DNA from: an uncultured Verrucomicrobiae bacterium
GTDB taxonomy: Bacteria > Verrucomicrobiota > Verrucomicrobiia > Limisphaerales > JAFGQR01
Length of the DNA stretch: 64,000 nt
Assembly: GCA_963788655.1 (NCBI GenBank)
Contig: CAWBHS010000017.1
Coordinates: 1-64,000 of the forward strand
Reading direction: 5' to 3'
Shown here: positions 32,034-40,848 of the stretch, one piece after another
How the letters are laid out: every line of letters begins with the position of its first letter
Position numbering within the stretch: the first letter of the stretch is position 1
Notes under the pieces: generated by a model
What the model saw: the letters and a program-made list of their open reading frames with translations, nothing else
Told to the model about the DNA's origin: nothing
Database searches by the model: none
Translations under genes and position numbers: made by a program

Positions 32034-33409
32034 ATGAAACGCCCCCGTATCCTCCACCGCTTCGTTAGCCCGGTTGCGATGGGTAGCTTGGCCAGGTTGG
32101 TCCTGCTGCTGAGCTTTCGCGCGCTTATGGCGGCTGAACCAACGATGACCGGCCCGGCTCAGCCGTCGCTGATTGCTTCGCCCGAGCCAGGTTGGCCGCA
32201 ATGGCGGGGACCGCGACGCGACGGCATCTGCGACGAAACCGGTCTGCTCCCAAGCTGGCCGGATGGCGGACCAATGTTGCTCTGGAAAACAAACGGACTG
32301 GGCCGTGGCTACTCGTGCCCAATCATCACCGGTGGCCGGATTTATCTCACCGGCGACTTCCCCGGCGGATTGCGTTTGTTCGCGCTCGACCTAAAGGGCC
32401 AACGCGTGTGGGAAGCCACCAACGGCCTGCCCTGGAAAGGACCGTATCCCGGATCGCGCGCTTGTGTGGCCGTTCGCGATGGGCGGGTTTTTCACATGAA
32501 CGCGCACGGTCGCGTCGCCTGCTTCGACGCGGTAACGGGCCGGGAACTGTGGGCGGTAAACATGCTGAAGCGTTTTGAGGGGCGGAACCTCACTTGGGCG
32601 GTGAGCGAGTGCCTGCTGGTCGATGGACCGCGCGTCATCGTGACCGCCGGCGGTCGGCAGGCGCTGATGGCTGCGTTGGACGTTCGCAACGGCCAGACCG
32701 TGTGGACGACCGAACCGCTGATCGCCAACCGCTCGGATAGCTCGGCGCAAACAGGCGGCGACGAAGCCGTCGGAGAAATCGAATCCACCAGTTACGCGTC
32801 GCCAATCCTAGTCCAGCTTGGTGGGCGCCGGCAAATCGTGGGCTGCTCCTTGCGACATCTCTTCGGGGTGGACGCCGACACTGGCCATTTGCTCTGGACG
32901 CGTCCATTGCGCACGCGGTTCGAGGTCATTGCCGCTACCCCGGTGCTGATCGGCGACGCCGTCTTCGGCACCGCGCCGGACACGGACGACGCCAAGCTCT
33001 ATCGGATTCGCCCGGCTCTGTCGGGCGTCGCGCTAGAAGAACTCTGGACAACCCGTCTCGACACTTGTCACGGCGGGTTGGTGTTCGTGGACGGCTCGCT
33101 ATATGGTTCGTGGTACCGGCGCCACAAAGGCTGGGCCTGTGTCGATGCGCGGACTGGCGCCGTGCGCTACGAAACCAATGCCCTGGCCAAAGGCTCAGTG
33201 TTGTATGCCGATGGCCGGCTATACTGCTTGAGCGAGGAAGGCGAAATGGCCTTCATCAAACCCGGTCTGACTGGCTTCGAGTTCGTGGGCCGCTTCCGCC
33301 TGGTCGCGGAAAAAAGAGCGATGTCTGGACCCATCCGGTGATCCTCAATGGCAAACTCTACCTCCGCTATCACGACACGCTGTTCTGCTACGATATTCGC
33401 GCGAAGTGA
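32034..33409 (+). CDS. PQQ-binding-like beta-propeller protein; frameshift in A-run near 33315
   Basis: WPQWRGPRRDG, GYSCPII, YASPI, GSVLYADGRLY; C-terminus WTHPVILNGKLYLRY in the next frame. Confidence 0.88.
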
Positions 33410-33535
33410 GCCTCTGACGGCGCTTGTTCACGACTATGAAGGCCAACCGTTGATCAAATTCGATTTGTCTCGGAGAGAATCGGCTAGTTCTCGCGGTACC
33501 GGTCAAATGAAAACGTCACCGTGACTTCCTGAAGG

Positions 33536-34234
33536 CTACTGGATTCTTTGCTCACCTCCTGTGCGGGAGGCCGGGAGGGTGCTTTCGTGCTTCGGCAGAG
33601 GCGGTGCCTTTAAAATGGCAATCACGTTGGTGTGGTGATTCTCCTGCGCCAATTGGAGAGGAGTATTGTGCAGCAGGTCCATCGCATTCACATTGGCACC
33701 GTAATTCAATAGCACCTTTGCTTCGTCGGCATAACCTCTATCCGCCGCCACGTGCAGGGGCGTGTCATGGTGTCTGAATCCAGCCGCATTTACATTCGCC
33801 CCCCATTTCAACAAAGTTTCTGTCACGGATACGTTCCCATTACACGCGGCCAAGTGCAAAGGAGTCACGTCGGACCAGTCCTTTGCGTTAACGTCGCCCC
33901 CGGCTTTGAGAAGCAACACCACAACCTGATTGTCACCTTTTTCCACCGCTGCATGAAGAAGGGTTTCGCTCCAAAATGTGCGGGCTCGAACAAGTGCGGG
34001 CGTCCGATGCAACAATCGCTGTATCGCTCCAAGGTTCCCCGCCTCCACTGCGCCGAAAATTGGACGTGTGCGAAGGATGCTTGTTATCAGAAAACCGCCG
34101 CTCACTGCCCAAACCGAGAGAACAAGTAGCCACACACTCTTACGAAGTGCTCGTCTTTCGATCAATCGGCTGCCTATGACAACAAAGGCCGTCCCAATGA
34201 CGAGATAAACTAAGAATAGACGTTCATTCAACAT
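33536..34234 (-). CDS. Ankyrin repeat protein with two N-terminal TM helices
   Basis: TLLHAAV, TPLHLAA, TPLHVAA, TPLQLA repeats with GANVNA. Confidence 0.9.
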   Translation of the reverse strand: MLNERLFLVYLVIGTAFVVIGSRLIERRALRKSVWLLVLSVWAVSGGFLITSILRTRPIFGAVEAGNLGAIQRLLHRTPALVRARTFWSETLLHAAVEKGDNQVVVLLLKAGGDVNAKDWSDVTPLHLAACNGNVSVTETLLKWGANVNAAGFRHHDTPLHVAADRGYADEAKVLLNYGANVNAMDLLHNTPLQLAQENHHTNVIAILKAPPLPKHESTLPASRTGGEQRIQ

Positions 34235-34354
34235 AATGGAGTTGACTGACTCCAAGCTTATGGAAATGGATTTGCGAATTTCCCGCAAGAAACTTTCGCT
34301 GGCACCAATAAGGGGGCACCAATCAGGGTTTGGGCATTGTGAATACCGCCAGGT

Positions 34355-34557
34355 TTCAGCCCGGCAGGGCGATAGAGAATAGCCCACCGATTTATGGGTG
34401 GGAACGAAAGTTCAGCCCGTTGAGTCCCGTCAGGGACGATAGAGTGCATTGCCGAGCACTTCAATGCTCTGCCGTCCCTCCGGGACTTGATACCCTTTGG
34501 CCTACTTACCCATGGTTGAAACCGTGGGCTATTCTCGAAGGTCCTTGCAGGACTGAA
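34355..34557. repeat. Long palindromic REP/MITE element
   Basis: TTCAGCCCGGCAGGGCGA..GAATAGCCCACCG..AGTCCCGTCAGGGACGA / GCCGTCCCTCCGGGACTT..CCGTGGGCTATTC..CCTTGCAGGACTGAA. Confidence 0.8.
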
Positions 34558-34623
34558 GTGGCAAGCTATTCAAATCTTGATGAAAATCTGAGCAACGCCT
34601 TTGGGCAGCACCGCGAGAGCGGT

Positions 34624-35499
34624 TCACGTCGCCGGCACGAATTGCTGGAGCACCAAGGTCAGGCCGAACAATCCCAGGAACGCCAGCGCGGTGGCCGCAT
34701 TACCGCCACATACCGCCAGTAAATCCACGAGCACGATGCCGGCCAGCAAGCCGGACACACCCCGGCCGATGTTGCGCTGCACCGTCCAGAACGCGTAGCG
34801 CAGACAATACAGCATCCAAATCACCAACGCGCCGCTCAACGCCGCGCCCTGGATCAAGTACGGCCCGCGGTCCACAACCAGCGCCAATAGGATAGGGACG
34901 CCCAACAGCACACACGGCCAGTAGCGAACCGGCGTTTGGATGCTCTCCTTGCTCGCCAGGTAACTCAGACCGGCAATGTAGGAACCCAGCGCTAGCGCCG
35001 ACCAAACACTCAAACCCGTGATGCCATCGTTCCCGATGGAAGCCGCCATCAACACCAGTAAGGTCCGGCACGCGGCCATAAACACCGGCGAAAAGGCAAA
35101 AATCTTGTGGATGGCATCATAGACCAGCAGAGCCAGCGCGAGCAGCACGGCGATAATGACTGTGCTCTTGTTGAACATCGCCAGGCAGATCAATCCGATG
35201 GCCAGCATGCTTAGGCCCATTTTCCAAACCGTGGTGACGTGAACTTGGCCCGAGGGAATGGGCCGTTCGCGACGATGCTGCTGGTCGAATTGCACATCGA
35301 ACGCGTCGTTGAGGAAAACTCCACCTAGGTACAGCCACGTGGCGCCAAGCGTGAGCCACAGGAACTGTTCGATTTCGCCACCACCACCCAACAGCCATCC
35401 CGCCAGGCAATTCGACCAAACCGTGGGCAGGTTCGACACGCGTCCCAAGACAAGCCAGGTGCGCAGATTAGTGACTGGAGCAGAGGTTGCCATGGTCAT
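34624..35499 (-). CDS. eboC: UbiA family prenyltransferase (EboC-like)
   Basis: GRVSNLPTVWSN, FLNDAFDVQFD, RPIPSG, VYD..HK; next to eboE. Confidence 0.85.
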   Translation of the reverse strand: MTMATSAPVTNLRTWLVLGRVSNLPTVWSNCLAGWLLGGGGEIEQFLWLTLGATWLYLGGVFLNDAFDVQFDQQHRRERPIPSGQVHVTTVWKMGLSMLAIGLICLAMFNKSTVIIAVLLALALLVYDAIHKIFAFSPVFMAACRTLLVLMAASIGNDGITGLSVWSALALGSYIAGLSYLASKESIQTPVRYWPCVLLGVPILLALVVDRGPYLIQGAALSGALVIWMLYCLRYAFWTVQRNIGRGVSGLLAGIVLVDLLAVCGGNAATALAFLGLFGLTLVLQQFVPAT

Positions 35500-35531
35500 G
35501 CCTTAGCTTAGCCGTTACTCCTTACGAATCT

Positions 35532-35602
35532 CGTAGCAGCCGACGTGAGGAGGCTCATGCTTTCCACGACGGAAATCAGAGCCTCCTCACGTCGGCTGCT
35601 AC
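35532..35602. repeat. REP element (GTAGCAGCCGACGTGAGGAGGC family)
   Basis: Perfect arms GTAGCAGCCGACGTGAGGAGGCTC / GAGCCTCCTCACGTCGGCTGCTAC. Relatives at 23261, 23362-23457, 37039 and 51898. Confidence 0.88.
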
Positions 35603-35698
35603 CGTTCAAACTCTGATAGTTGGCTTGCCGATTTCGTCCTGCCTTTGCGCCGCCGTCATCCATGCCGTTTCCAATCTCCAAATCCATCGTTCCGCAAT

Positions 35699-36878
35699 TC
35701 AAATGGCCCCCAGTCCCCGCTCCGCCATTCGCTGCAAGGTCCAATCGTATTCGGCGGCCAGTTGGTCGATCACGCTGCGGTTCTTCATTTCCGGCGGCAT
35801 GACTTCCCACGTGTAGGTTTCCATTTCCAAGTGCCGACATAATGCCGGCTCCTGTGCCAGCAAGTCCAGCAAACCCAGCAGATGATCGGCCGTGTTTTGG
35901 AACCGCGCGGTCGGCTGGCTGTGCAGCGGAATGTGAAAATGGATGCGCCACTCGATGGAAGAATCATCTTCGCCGGCAGCTTGCTCGGCTGGCAAGCGCC
36001 ACGTCCAGGTCGCGATACCGCACCAGCTGGCCGTCCGCCTGACGTTCGATGACCTGGTGAAAATAGACTTCGTCGGCAAACGCCCGGAGCGCCGACTGCA
36101 CTTCGGGGGTCGGTTGCACTTTGAGTGCGGAGCTGAGGTGGAGCTTGCTGATCTTGATGCCGTGTTCGCGAAAACGGTTTACCACCGCGGCCGGTTCTTC
36201 AAACTCGACCGCCAGATGGCAGGTGTCGTAATTCACGCCGAGATGCTCGTTCAACCGGTCATCGCCCGGACGATCGGCCCGCATCCGCTCGAAGAACTCG
36301 GCCGTTTCCGCGCTGGTTTCGAGCGTACACAACGGTTCCGGCTCCAATCCGAGGTGAAGCCGTTTGCCGGATTGCTGACTGAGCTTGGCGATATGTTCCA
36401 CGCACTGCCACAGGTTGTCGCGCATCGCTCGCACCTGGTCTTCGCTGGTGATGAATTCCTTGAACGAGCCGGGCACCGTGCTGACGCTGCCTTCGACGCC
36501 CTCCGGCACGAGTTGCGCCAACAGATCAAAGAGCCGATTCGTAAACGCCAAACGCTCCGGAGCCGTCCAGTCGGGACGATAGACCTGTTCCTTGACGCGG
36601 GTGCCGTGAAACGTGCCGTAGGGAAAGCCGTTAATCGTGAACACGTAGCATTGGTGTTCCTCCAGCCAGCGTTGGAAGGCGGTGAGCGTTGTCGGGACGC
36701 TCAGTTCGCGCGACGCCTGATCGCTCAAGCGCAGGCCAATGGCGTACGGTTTGCCGGGGCATACCCGTTCCCGCACCGCCAGCGTGTAGCGTTGGAGCGC
36801 GTCAAAGGTCTCCGCCCAGGTTTCGCCGCGATGGATGTTCGTGCAATAGGCGAGGTGCAACCCATGCTTCAGTTTCAT
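35699..36878 (-). CDS. eboE: Metabolite traffic protein EboE (xylose-isomerase-like TIM barrel); frameshift near 35985
   Basis: AYCTNIH, IGLRLS, FTINGFPYG.FH..VKEQVY.PDW, LEPEP, DTCHLAVEFE, EWRIHFHIP, HLEMETYTW. Confidence 0.92.
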
Positions 36879-37038
36879 CGCCCCCACGTTTACCAGTCAT
36901 GCCGGAAACAGGCGAGTGTGAATCTGAAAATGCCGGCCGCCGCTCCTCTCCGTCGCGGTGGATGGGATGGATAGGGTGCCGGTTCGGACGCTGCTAACCT
37001 GAATAATTGTCACCCCAGGCTTAGCACGCCGACAGCCT

Positions 37039-37100
37039 GTAGCCGCCGACGTGAGGAGGCGACGCGCTGGAAGTGGCCCCGGTTCCGCCTCCTGAGTTCG
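37039..37100. repeat. REP element (degenerate right arm)
   Basis: GTAGCCGCCGACGTGAGGAGGCG ... CCGCCTCCT. Confidence 0.65.
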
Positions 37101-37189
37101 CTCCTTTTTTGGTGCCGAAAGTGTAGCTTATGCCGAGGACTAATCAGTAGGATCAGTGTGGTCGTATTCATAGGCGTTTGGCTGCCGCT

Positions 37190-37429
37190 GCACCGGGTAG
37201 GGGTGAGCGGTCGCCCGCTTTGCTCCTGCAAATCCCACCACTTCCAATGGCCGTCTGCGTTAAGCTCCCAAACAAGCTTCCGCTCGCGGCAATGCCACGT
37301 GCCAGCCATCGACGCCATCGAATTCGCCGAGGATGGAGAAATGGCGAGGGCGGCTGGCTCCTCTGTCGTGTGAGGCGTGGCACAACCGCACAGAAGCACT
37401 GCAAGGAAATACGATGCGATGCATTTCAT
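37190..37429 (-). pseudogene. Last (apparently truncated) cassette gene: small lipoprotein
   Basis: Lipobox MKCIASYFLAVLLCG-C; MAGTWHC..LVWELNADGHWKW lipocalin-like start. ATG lies 18 nt after the intron 3' end. No downstream attC found; breakpoint approximate. Confidence 0.55.
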
Positions 37430-37446
37430 GGCGCGTGCAAAGTGGG

Positions 37447-38263
37447 ACCGGGTAGGCGTAGGCGGTCACCCGCCCACGCCCCCCTAAGAACCGGACTTGA
37501 AAGTTTCCCTTCATCACGGCTCAAGCCTCTCCAAGGCCACCCCGGATGCGGGGGACCCGCGTAACCAGGAGGCCGGTGACACCCAAAGGCGTCATGGACC
37601 TTCCCAATCCCACTTGGCAATACCGGTCGGCGGCCATATCGCGCCCGGCTCCTTTGGGCCGCAGCACCGAGAGGCACCAAGCGACGGGCGTCGCTCGTCC
37701 TATGCTTCTCTCGCTTGAAGGGGTTCCGCTGATTTTCTTGCCAGGAGACACCAGATCGACGTGGGCATATCCGGTCCATTACCGACCGGCCTTGGCTTGT
37801 TCGATCCTCTTCATGCTGCCTCCCCTGGGCCTGCCTTGCGGTCGGCTTGCCTGGATACTCTCCAGGCGGGAACTGGCAGCTTTTCCATGTTCCGCATTCT
37901 CCACAGGATGGGTTAGGTCCACTCTGTACACCGGCGGTGCGCCATTCGCGTCGGGCTACGTTAGACAGCCCGAACTTGACCGCTGGCCTTCTTTTGGCCG
38001 GAGCCTTAAAACAGCCTCGTATGGCTCGTTCCTCTGACGATGCTTGCGAGTGTTCACGTGGGTTGACCCTACCATCCAATTCTAGCGCCGCACCCGGATT
38101 GAGGCTCCCAGGCTGGCTACATTGTCGGGAAGGCTTCACACCCTGGACAGTAGCCTTACGGCCGCCCGCCCAACGCATGCTTCCCTGGAATACCTGCCGC
38201 GAAAGGCAGGACTGAGTCAGGTTGCCCATGCTCAGCAGTGATGAATGCGACTTCATGTCACAA
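37447..38263 (-). mobile_element. ORF-less group II intron (817 nt) inserted in attC core site
   Basis: 5' end TTGTGACATG; domain V GAGCCGTGATGAAGGGAAACTTTCAAGTCCGGTTC (37522-37488) with AGC triad and GAAA loop; domain VI with bulged A at -7 ending CCTACCCGGT; EBS1 hairpin at 37973-37951; no RT ORF. Confidence 0.9.
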
Positions 38264-38384
38264 CCAACGCCGAGGTGAGCGAGGGCTGCCGGCAGCGCCC
38301 GCTCGACTGTGAAGAAAACGGTGGAAGAACCCGGTGCTCCCGCTGCCAGACGGGGCAGCCCTTCGCTCTACCGACTGGTTGGGC
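38264..38384 (-). mobile_element. attC site 1 (R' box interrupted by the intron)
   Basis: Top strand GCCCAAC...GTTGG. Bottom-strand hairpin GGT/ACC, GAGCGA/TCGCTC, GGGCTGCC/GGCAGCCC with two extrahelical T. Confidence 0.85.
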
Positions 38385-38394
38385 ATTCTCGGTT

Positions 38395-38986
38395 TCATTT
38401 TGGTGCTGCGCTGGCTTCCCTCGCGAGGCGTTTGCGAATCGCCGCCAAGCTCTTCTCGTTCTCCTCGTCGGGCCACAACTCGTAAGCGCGAAGGAACTGC
38501 CTCTCCGCATTTGTAACGTCGCCCAATCCCAGATAGATGCTCCCGAGGTAGGCGTGTCCGTAATAGTAGTTGGGCTGCTTGGCGACCAACTGTTGCGCGA
38601 GGGACAGCGCAGTCTGGTAATCCAGACGGTCCATCGCGGCGCTTACCTCGCGCCAGGGACGCGCCGGCGACTGTTGCGGCGTTGTGCGCGACTCATCGTA
38701 GCGGTCTCGGTCGTGGCGAAGTATGGCCATGTAAACAACTGCCCCAGTCAAAAAAACTGCGAGGAACCATGTCTGAAGCTGTCCGATCTTCCTGAACTTC
38801 TGTAGCTCAGTCAATATGCCCGCATTGATGTTGTCGCTCCTGGCAGGTGGTGGGGACCGGAAATGCGTCCTGCTCGGGCTATCGATAGGGGGCACCCTCA
38901 GCAGCAGGCTCGAAACACGTTCCACATTCCGAGCAATGCAAGGACTCCTCTGGGTTCTCACGTCCGCAGTAGTCACACCGTTTCAT
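38395..38986 (-). CDS. Cassette gene: zinc-ribbon + TM + TPR protein; frameshift in C-run near 38890
   Basis: ATG 38986 gives MKRCDYCGRENPEESLHCSECGT; the next frame gives a TM helix and TPR (YYGHAYLGSIYLGLGD..AERQFLRAYELWP). Stop lies just before attC1. Confidence 0.75.
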
Positions 38987-39006
38987 ATTTGCCCCTGAAT
39001 GATGTT

Positions 39007-39102
39007 GCCCAACGCCGAGATCACCCATGAGCGGCATCCCAATACCGCTCAAATTCTAAACCGACGTGCTTGCCGCTCATTGGGTGAATCGATTGGTTCG
39101 GA
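39007..39102 (-). mobile_element. attC site 2
   Basis: R'' TCCGAAC, R' GTTGGGC (complement of attC1 R''); stem TCACCCA/TGGGTGA and TGAGCGGCA/TGCCGCTCA with extrahelical A and T. Confidence 0.88.
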
Positions 39103-39103
39103 T

Positions 39104-39409
39104 TCATTTCGTCTCTTTCAGGTCAGGCTGATACTGGGTGTCGATCAAATCATAATCCCTGCGGATGCGAGACAATGGATCCTGGTCTGGGAGGATCCGT
39201 CTCGAATTGGGCAACATCTTCGCTGGGTCAGCAGGGGGCAGCGTGAGATGGAATCTCTGCGTCTGAACCTGAGTGAAGGTGAAGACTGGTCCAATTGGGG
39301 CACGCCTACTCGAAGTGGTCTGAGAAGGTACAAGCAGGCAAAAGCAAAGCACGAATCCCCCACAAAATCCGGCTAGTCCCCAAAGTATATGTTTTGATCT
39401 GGCATTCAT
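39104..39409 (-). CDS. Cassette gene: small membrane-anchored hypothetical protein
   Basis: 101 aa with one N-terminal TM helix; fills the space between attC3 and attC2, with its stop abutting R''. Confidence 0.7.
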   Translation of the reverse strand: MNARSKHILWGLAGFCGGFVLCFCLLVPSQTTSSRRAPIGPVFTFTQVQTQRFHLTLPPADPAKMLPNSRRILPDQDPLSRIRRDYDLIDTQYQPDLKETK

Positions 39410-39436
39410 AAAATGCGGGCGACGGATGCTTTTGTT

Positions 39437-39563
39437 TCCGAACAACCAAGCTCACCGATCCGCGCCGGGCGGGACGGTCGAGCGTGAAAGAAACGATGGA
39501 AAAACCAACTGAGCAACGAGCGGAGGATCGGGGCGCGGATTCGTGTGCAGCGCTTGGTTCGGC
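39437..39563 (-). mobile_element. attC site 3
   Basis: R'' GCCGAAC, R' GTTCGGA (complement of attC2 R''); stem GCT/AGC, CACCGA/TCG(T)GTG, TCCGCGCC/GGCGCGGA. Confidence 0.85.
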
Positions 39564-39834
39564 GTTTGATGAGATAGCTGTGGACGCTGCTCTAAGACGG
39601 ATAAGGGCAACCCAAAACGTCGAAGACCAGACCGGTCGCTACAAATACCCAGACTGCGCAGATGTGCTGGCCGCAGAAGTCGAACGCCTGCGATCTGTCT
39701 CCGAAAAGCAGCAGTGGCGGATAACCAGCCTACAACAAGACATGCGCACGATAATGGACGTTACTCGATGGGAACACCAAGCGCACCAGATCGCCAAGCG
39801 CGCTCTGACGCCGAACAACCAAGCTGAGCGATGA
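39496..39834 (+). CDS. Reverse-oriented cassette gene: phage-like hypothetical protein
   Basis: Starts inside attC3 (ATG 39496 or GTG 39484); LAAEVERLR coiled-coil motif; stops inside attC4, overlapping the next ATG. Confidence 0.65.
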   Translation: MEKPTEQRAEDRGADSCAALGSAFDEIAVDAALRRIRATQNVEDQTGRYKYPDCADVLAAEVERLRSVSEKQQWRITSLQQDMRTIMDVTRWEHQAHQIAKRALTPNNQAER

Positions 39835-39907
39835 GTGCCCCATCCCAAACTCCCGAACTGCCAATCAGCGTGGCGGGGCACTCATTCGCTCCAGCGCCTG
39901 GTTCGGC
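39810..39907 (-). mobile_element. attC site 4
   Basis: R'' GCCGAAC, R' GTTCGGC; stem GCTG/CAGC, AGCGA/TCGCT, TGAGTGCCCC/GGGGCACTCA with extrahelical C and T. Confidence 0.9.
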
Positions 39908-40493
39908 GTTCAGGTGTGTGATGGCCGACCCGCCGTGGCAACTGACGATGCGCGGCAAACGCAAGCGCGCCAAAGAGCCAAACCTGCCGGAATCGCTACC
40001 GTATACGACGATGACTCTGGACGAAATCTGCGCTCTGCCAGTCGGTGAACTCTGTGCTGATGACTGCCACTTGTGGCTGTGGACTACCAACCAACACCTG
40101 AGAGACGGCTTTCGGGTAATGGAGGCGTGGGGCTTCCGGTATCTCGCGCCCGTCCACTGGATAAAACCGAGCGGCGTCGGCAACTGGTTCGTCCACCGCA
40201 CGCAGACAATACTGATGGGATACAAGACCCGATGCCGCTTCGAGCGCGCCCGCTACCGGCCAAACATCGTGACGACTGGCGACCCGAAGCGGCACAGCGA
40301 GAAGCCGGAGGAAACATACGCGCTCATCGAATCTGTGAGCAGCGAGCCACGGCTGGAAATGTTCGCACGCCGGAAGCGTCCCGGCTGGCAGTCCTGGGGC
40401 AACGAAGTCACCAGCGACGTGATACTGACGCCGAACGTGGAGGTCACCGACCGGCAGAAAACCAGAAAGGAAACGGATGCCAAACAAACATGA
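39831..40493 (+). CDS. Reverse-oriented cassette gene: MT-A70 family N6-adenine methyltransferase
   Basis: MADPPW catalytic motif, YTTMTLDEICALPV, CHLWLWTTN, HSEKPE, LEMFARRKRPGWQSWGNE. Confidence 0.92.
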   Translation: MSAPSQTPELPISVAGHSFAPAPGSAFRCVMADPPWQLTMRGKRKRAKEPNLPESLPYTTMTLDEICALPVGELCADDCHLWLWTTNQHLRDGFRVMEAWGFRYLAPVHWIKPSGVGNWFVHRTQTILMGYKTRCRFERARYRPNIVTTGDPKRHSEKPEETYALIESVSSEPRLEMFARRKRPGWQSWGNEVTSDVILTPNVEVTDRQKTRKETDAKQT

Positions 40494-40538
40494 AACTGAC
40501 ACGCAGGCAGCCGGTTCGCGTGAACCGATTGGTTCGGT
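40430..40538 (-). mobile_element. attC site 5
   Basis: R'' ACCGAAC, R' GTTCGGC; stem GG/CC, TCACCGA/TCG(C)GTGA, CCGGC/GCCGG. Confidence 0.82.
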
Positions 40539-40845
40539 GATCCCGGCCCCGTGGGGTGGCATGGAATGGAAACATGCCTTGATGGCTCGAAACCTAATGT
40601 CATCCCGAAAATGGATATGCCGGACCGAGTGGGGGCGTGAATTTGTTATTGCGTTCAAAGAACCGGGTCCAATTGCGCTACTCTGCATTGAGGATCGGCT
40701 GTGGCCAGTTAAGCCGTATTCACCGAACGTCCCGGATCACCGACCGCCGCCGGAAACGGGCGCTGGCAGCGAATCCAGCGTCCAAAGTATGCGGTGCGTC
40801 CTAACCGAAGTGCGGGGCGGCGGTTCGAGTGAATCCGATTGTTAG
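40477..40845 (+). CDS. Reverse-oriented cassette gene: hypothetical protein
   Basis: RBS AGAAAGGAAAC and ATG inside the attC5 loop; stop TAG within GTTAGCC of attC6. Confidence 0.55.
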   Translation: MPNKHETDTQAAGSREPIGSVIPAPWGGMEWKHALMARNLMSSRKWICRTEWGREFVIAFKEPGPIALLCIEDRLWPVKPYSPNVPDHRPPPETGAGSESSVQSMRCVLTEVRGGGSSESDC

Positions 40846-40847
40846 CC
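40722..40847 (-). mobile_element. attC site 6
   Basis: R'' GGCTAAC, R' GTTCGGT (complement of attC5 R''); stem GGA/TCC, TCACCGA/TCG(A)GTGA, CCGCCGCC/GGCGGCGG-like. Confidence 0.85.
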
Positions 40848-40848
40848 G

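Noticed and set aside
33410..34260. Ankyrin gene as an additional integron cassette
   Set aside because: Lower GC and the same strand as the array, but no attC-like palindrome found downstream.
37426..38256. 276-aa minus-strand ORF as intron-encoded RT
   Set aside because: No RT motifs (no YADD); it spans the structured RNA domains themselves.
38999..39376. Plus-strand ORF reading through attC2 as a fourth inverted cassette gene
   Set aside because: It is antisense to a better ORF (39104-39409) whose stop abuts R''. It starts in the neighbouring cassette and has no clear RBS.
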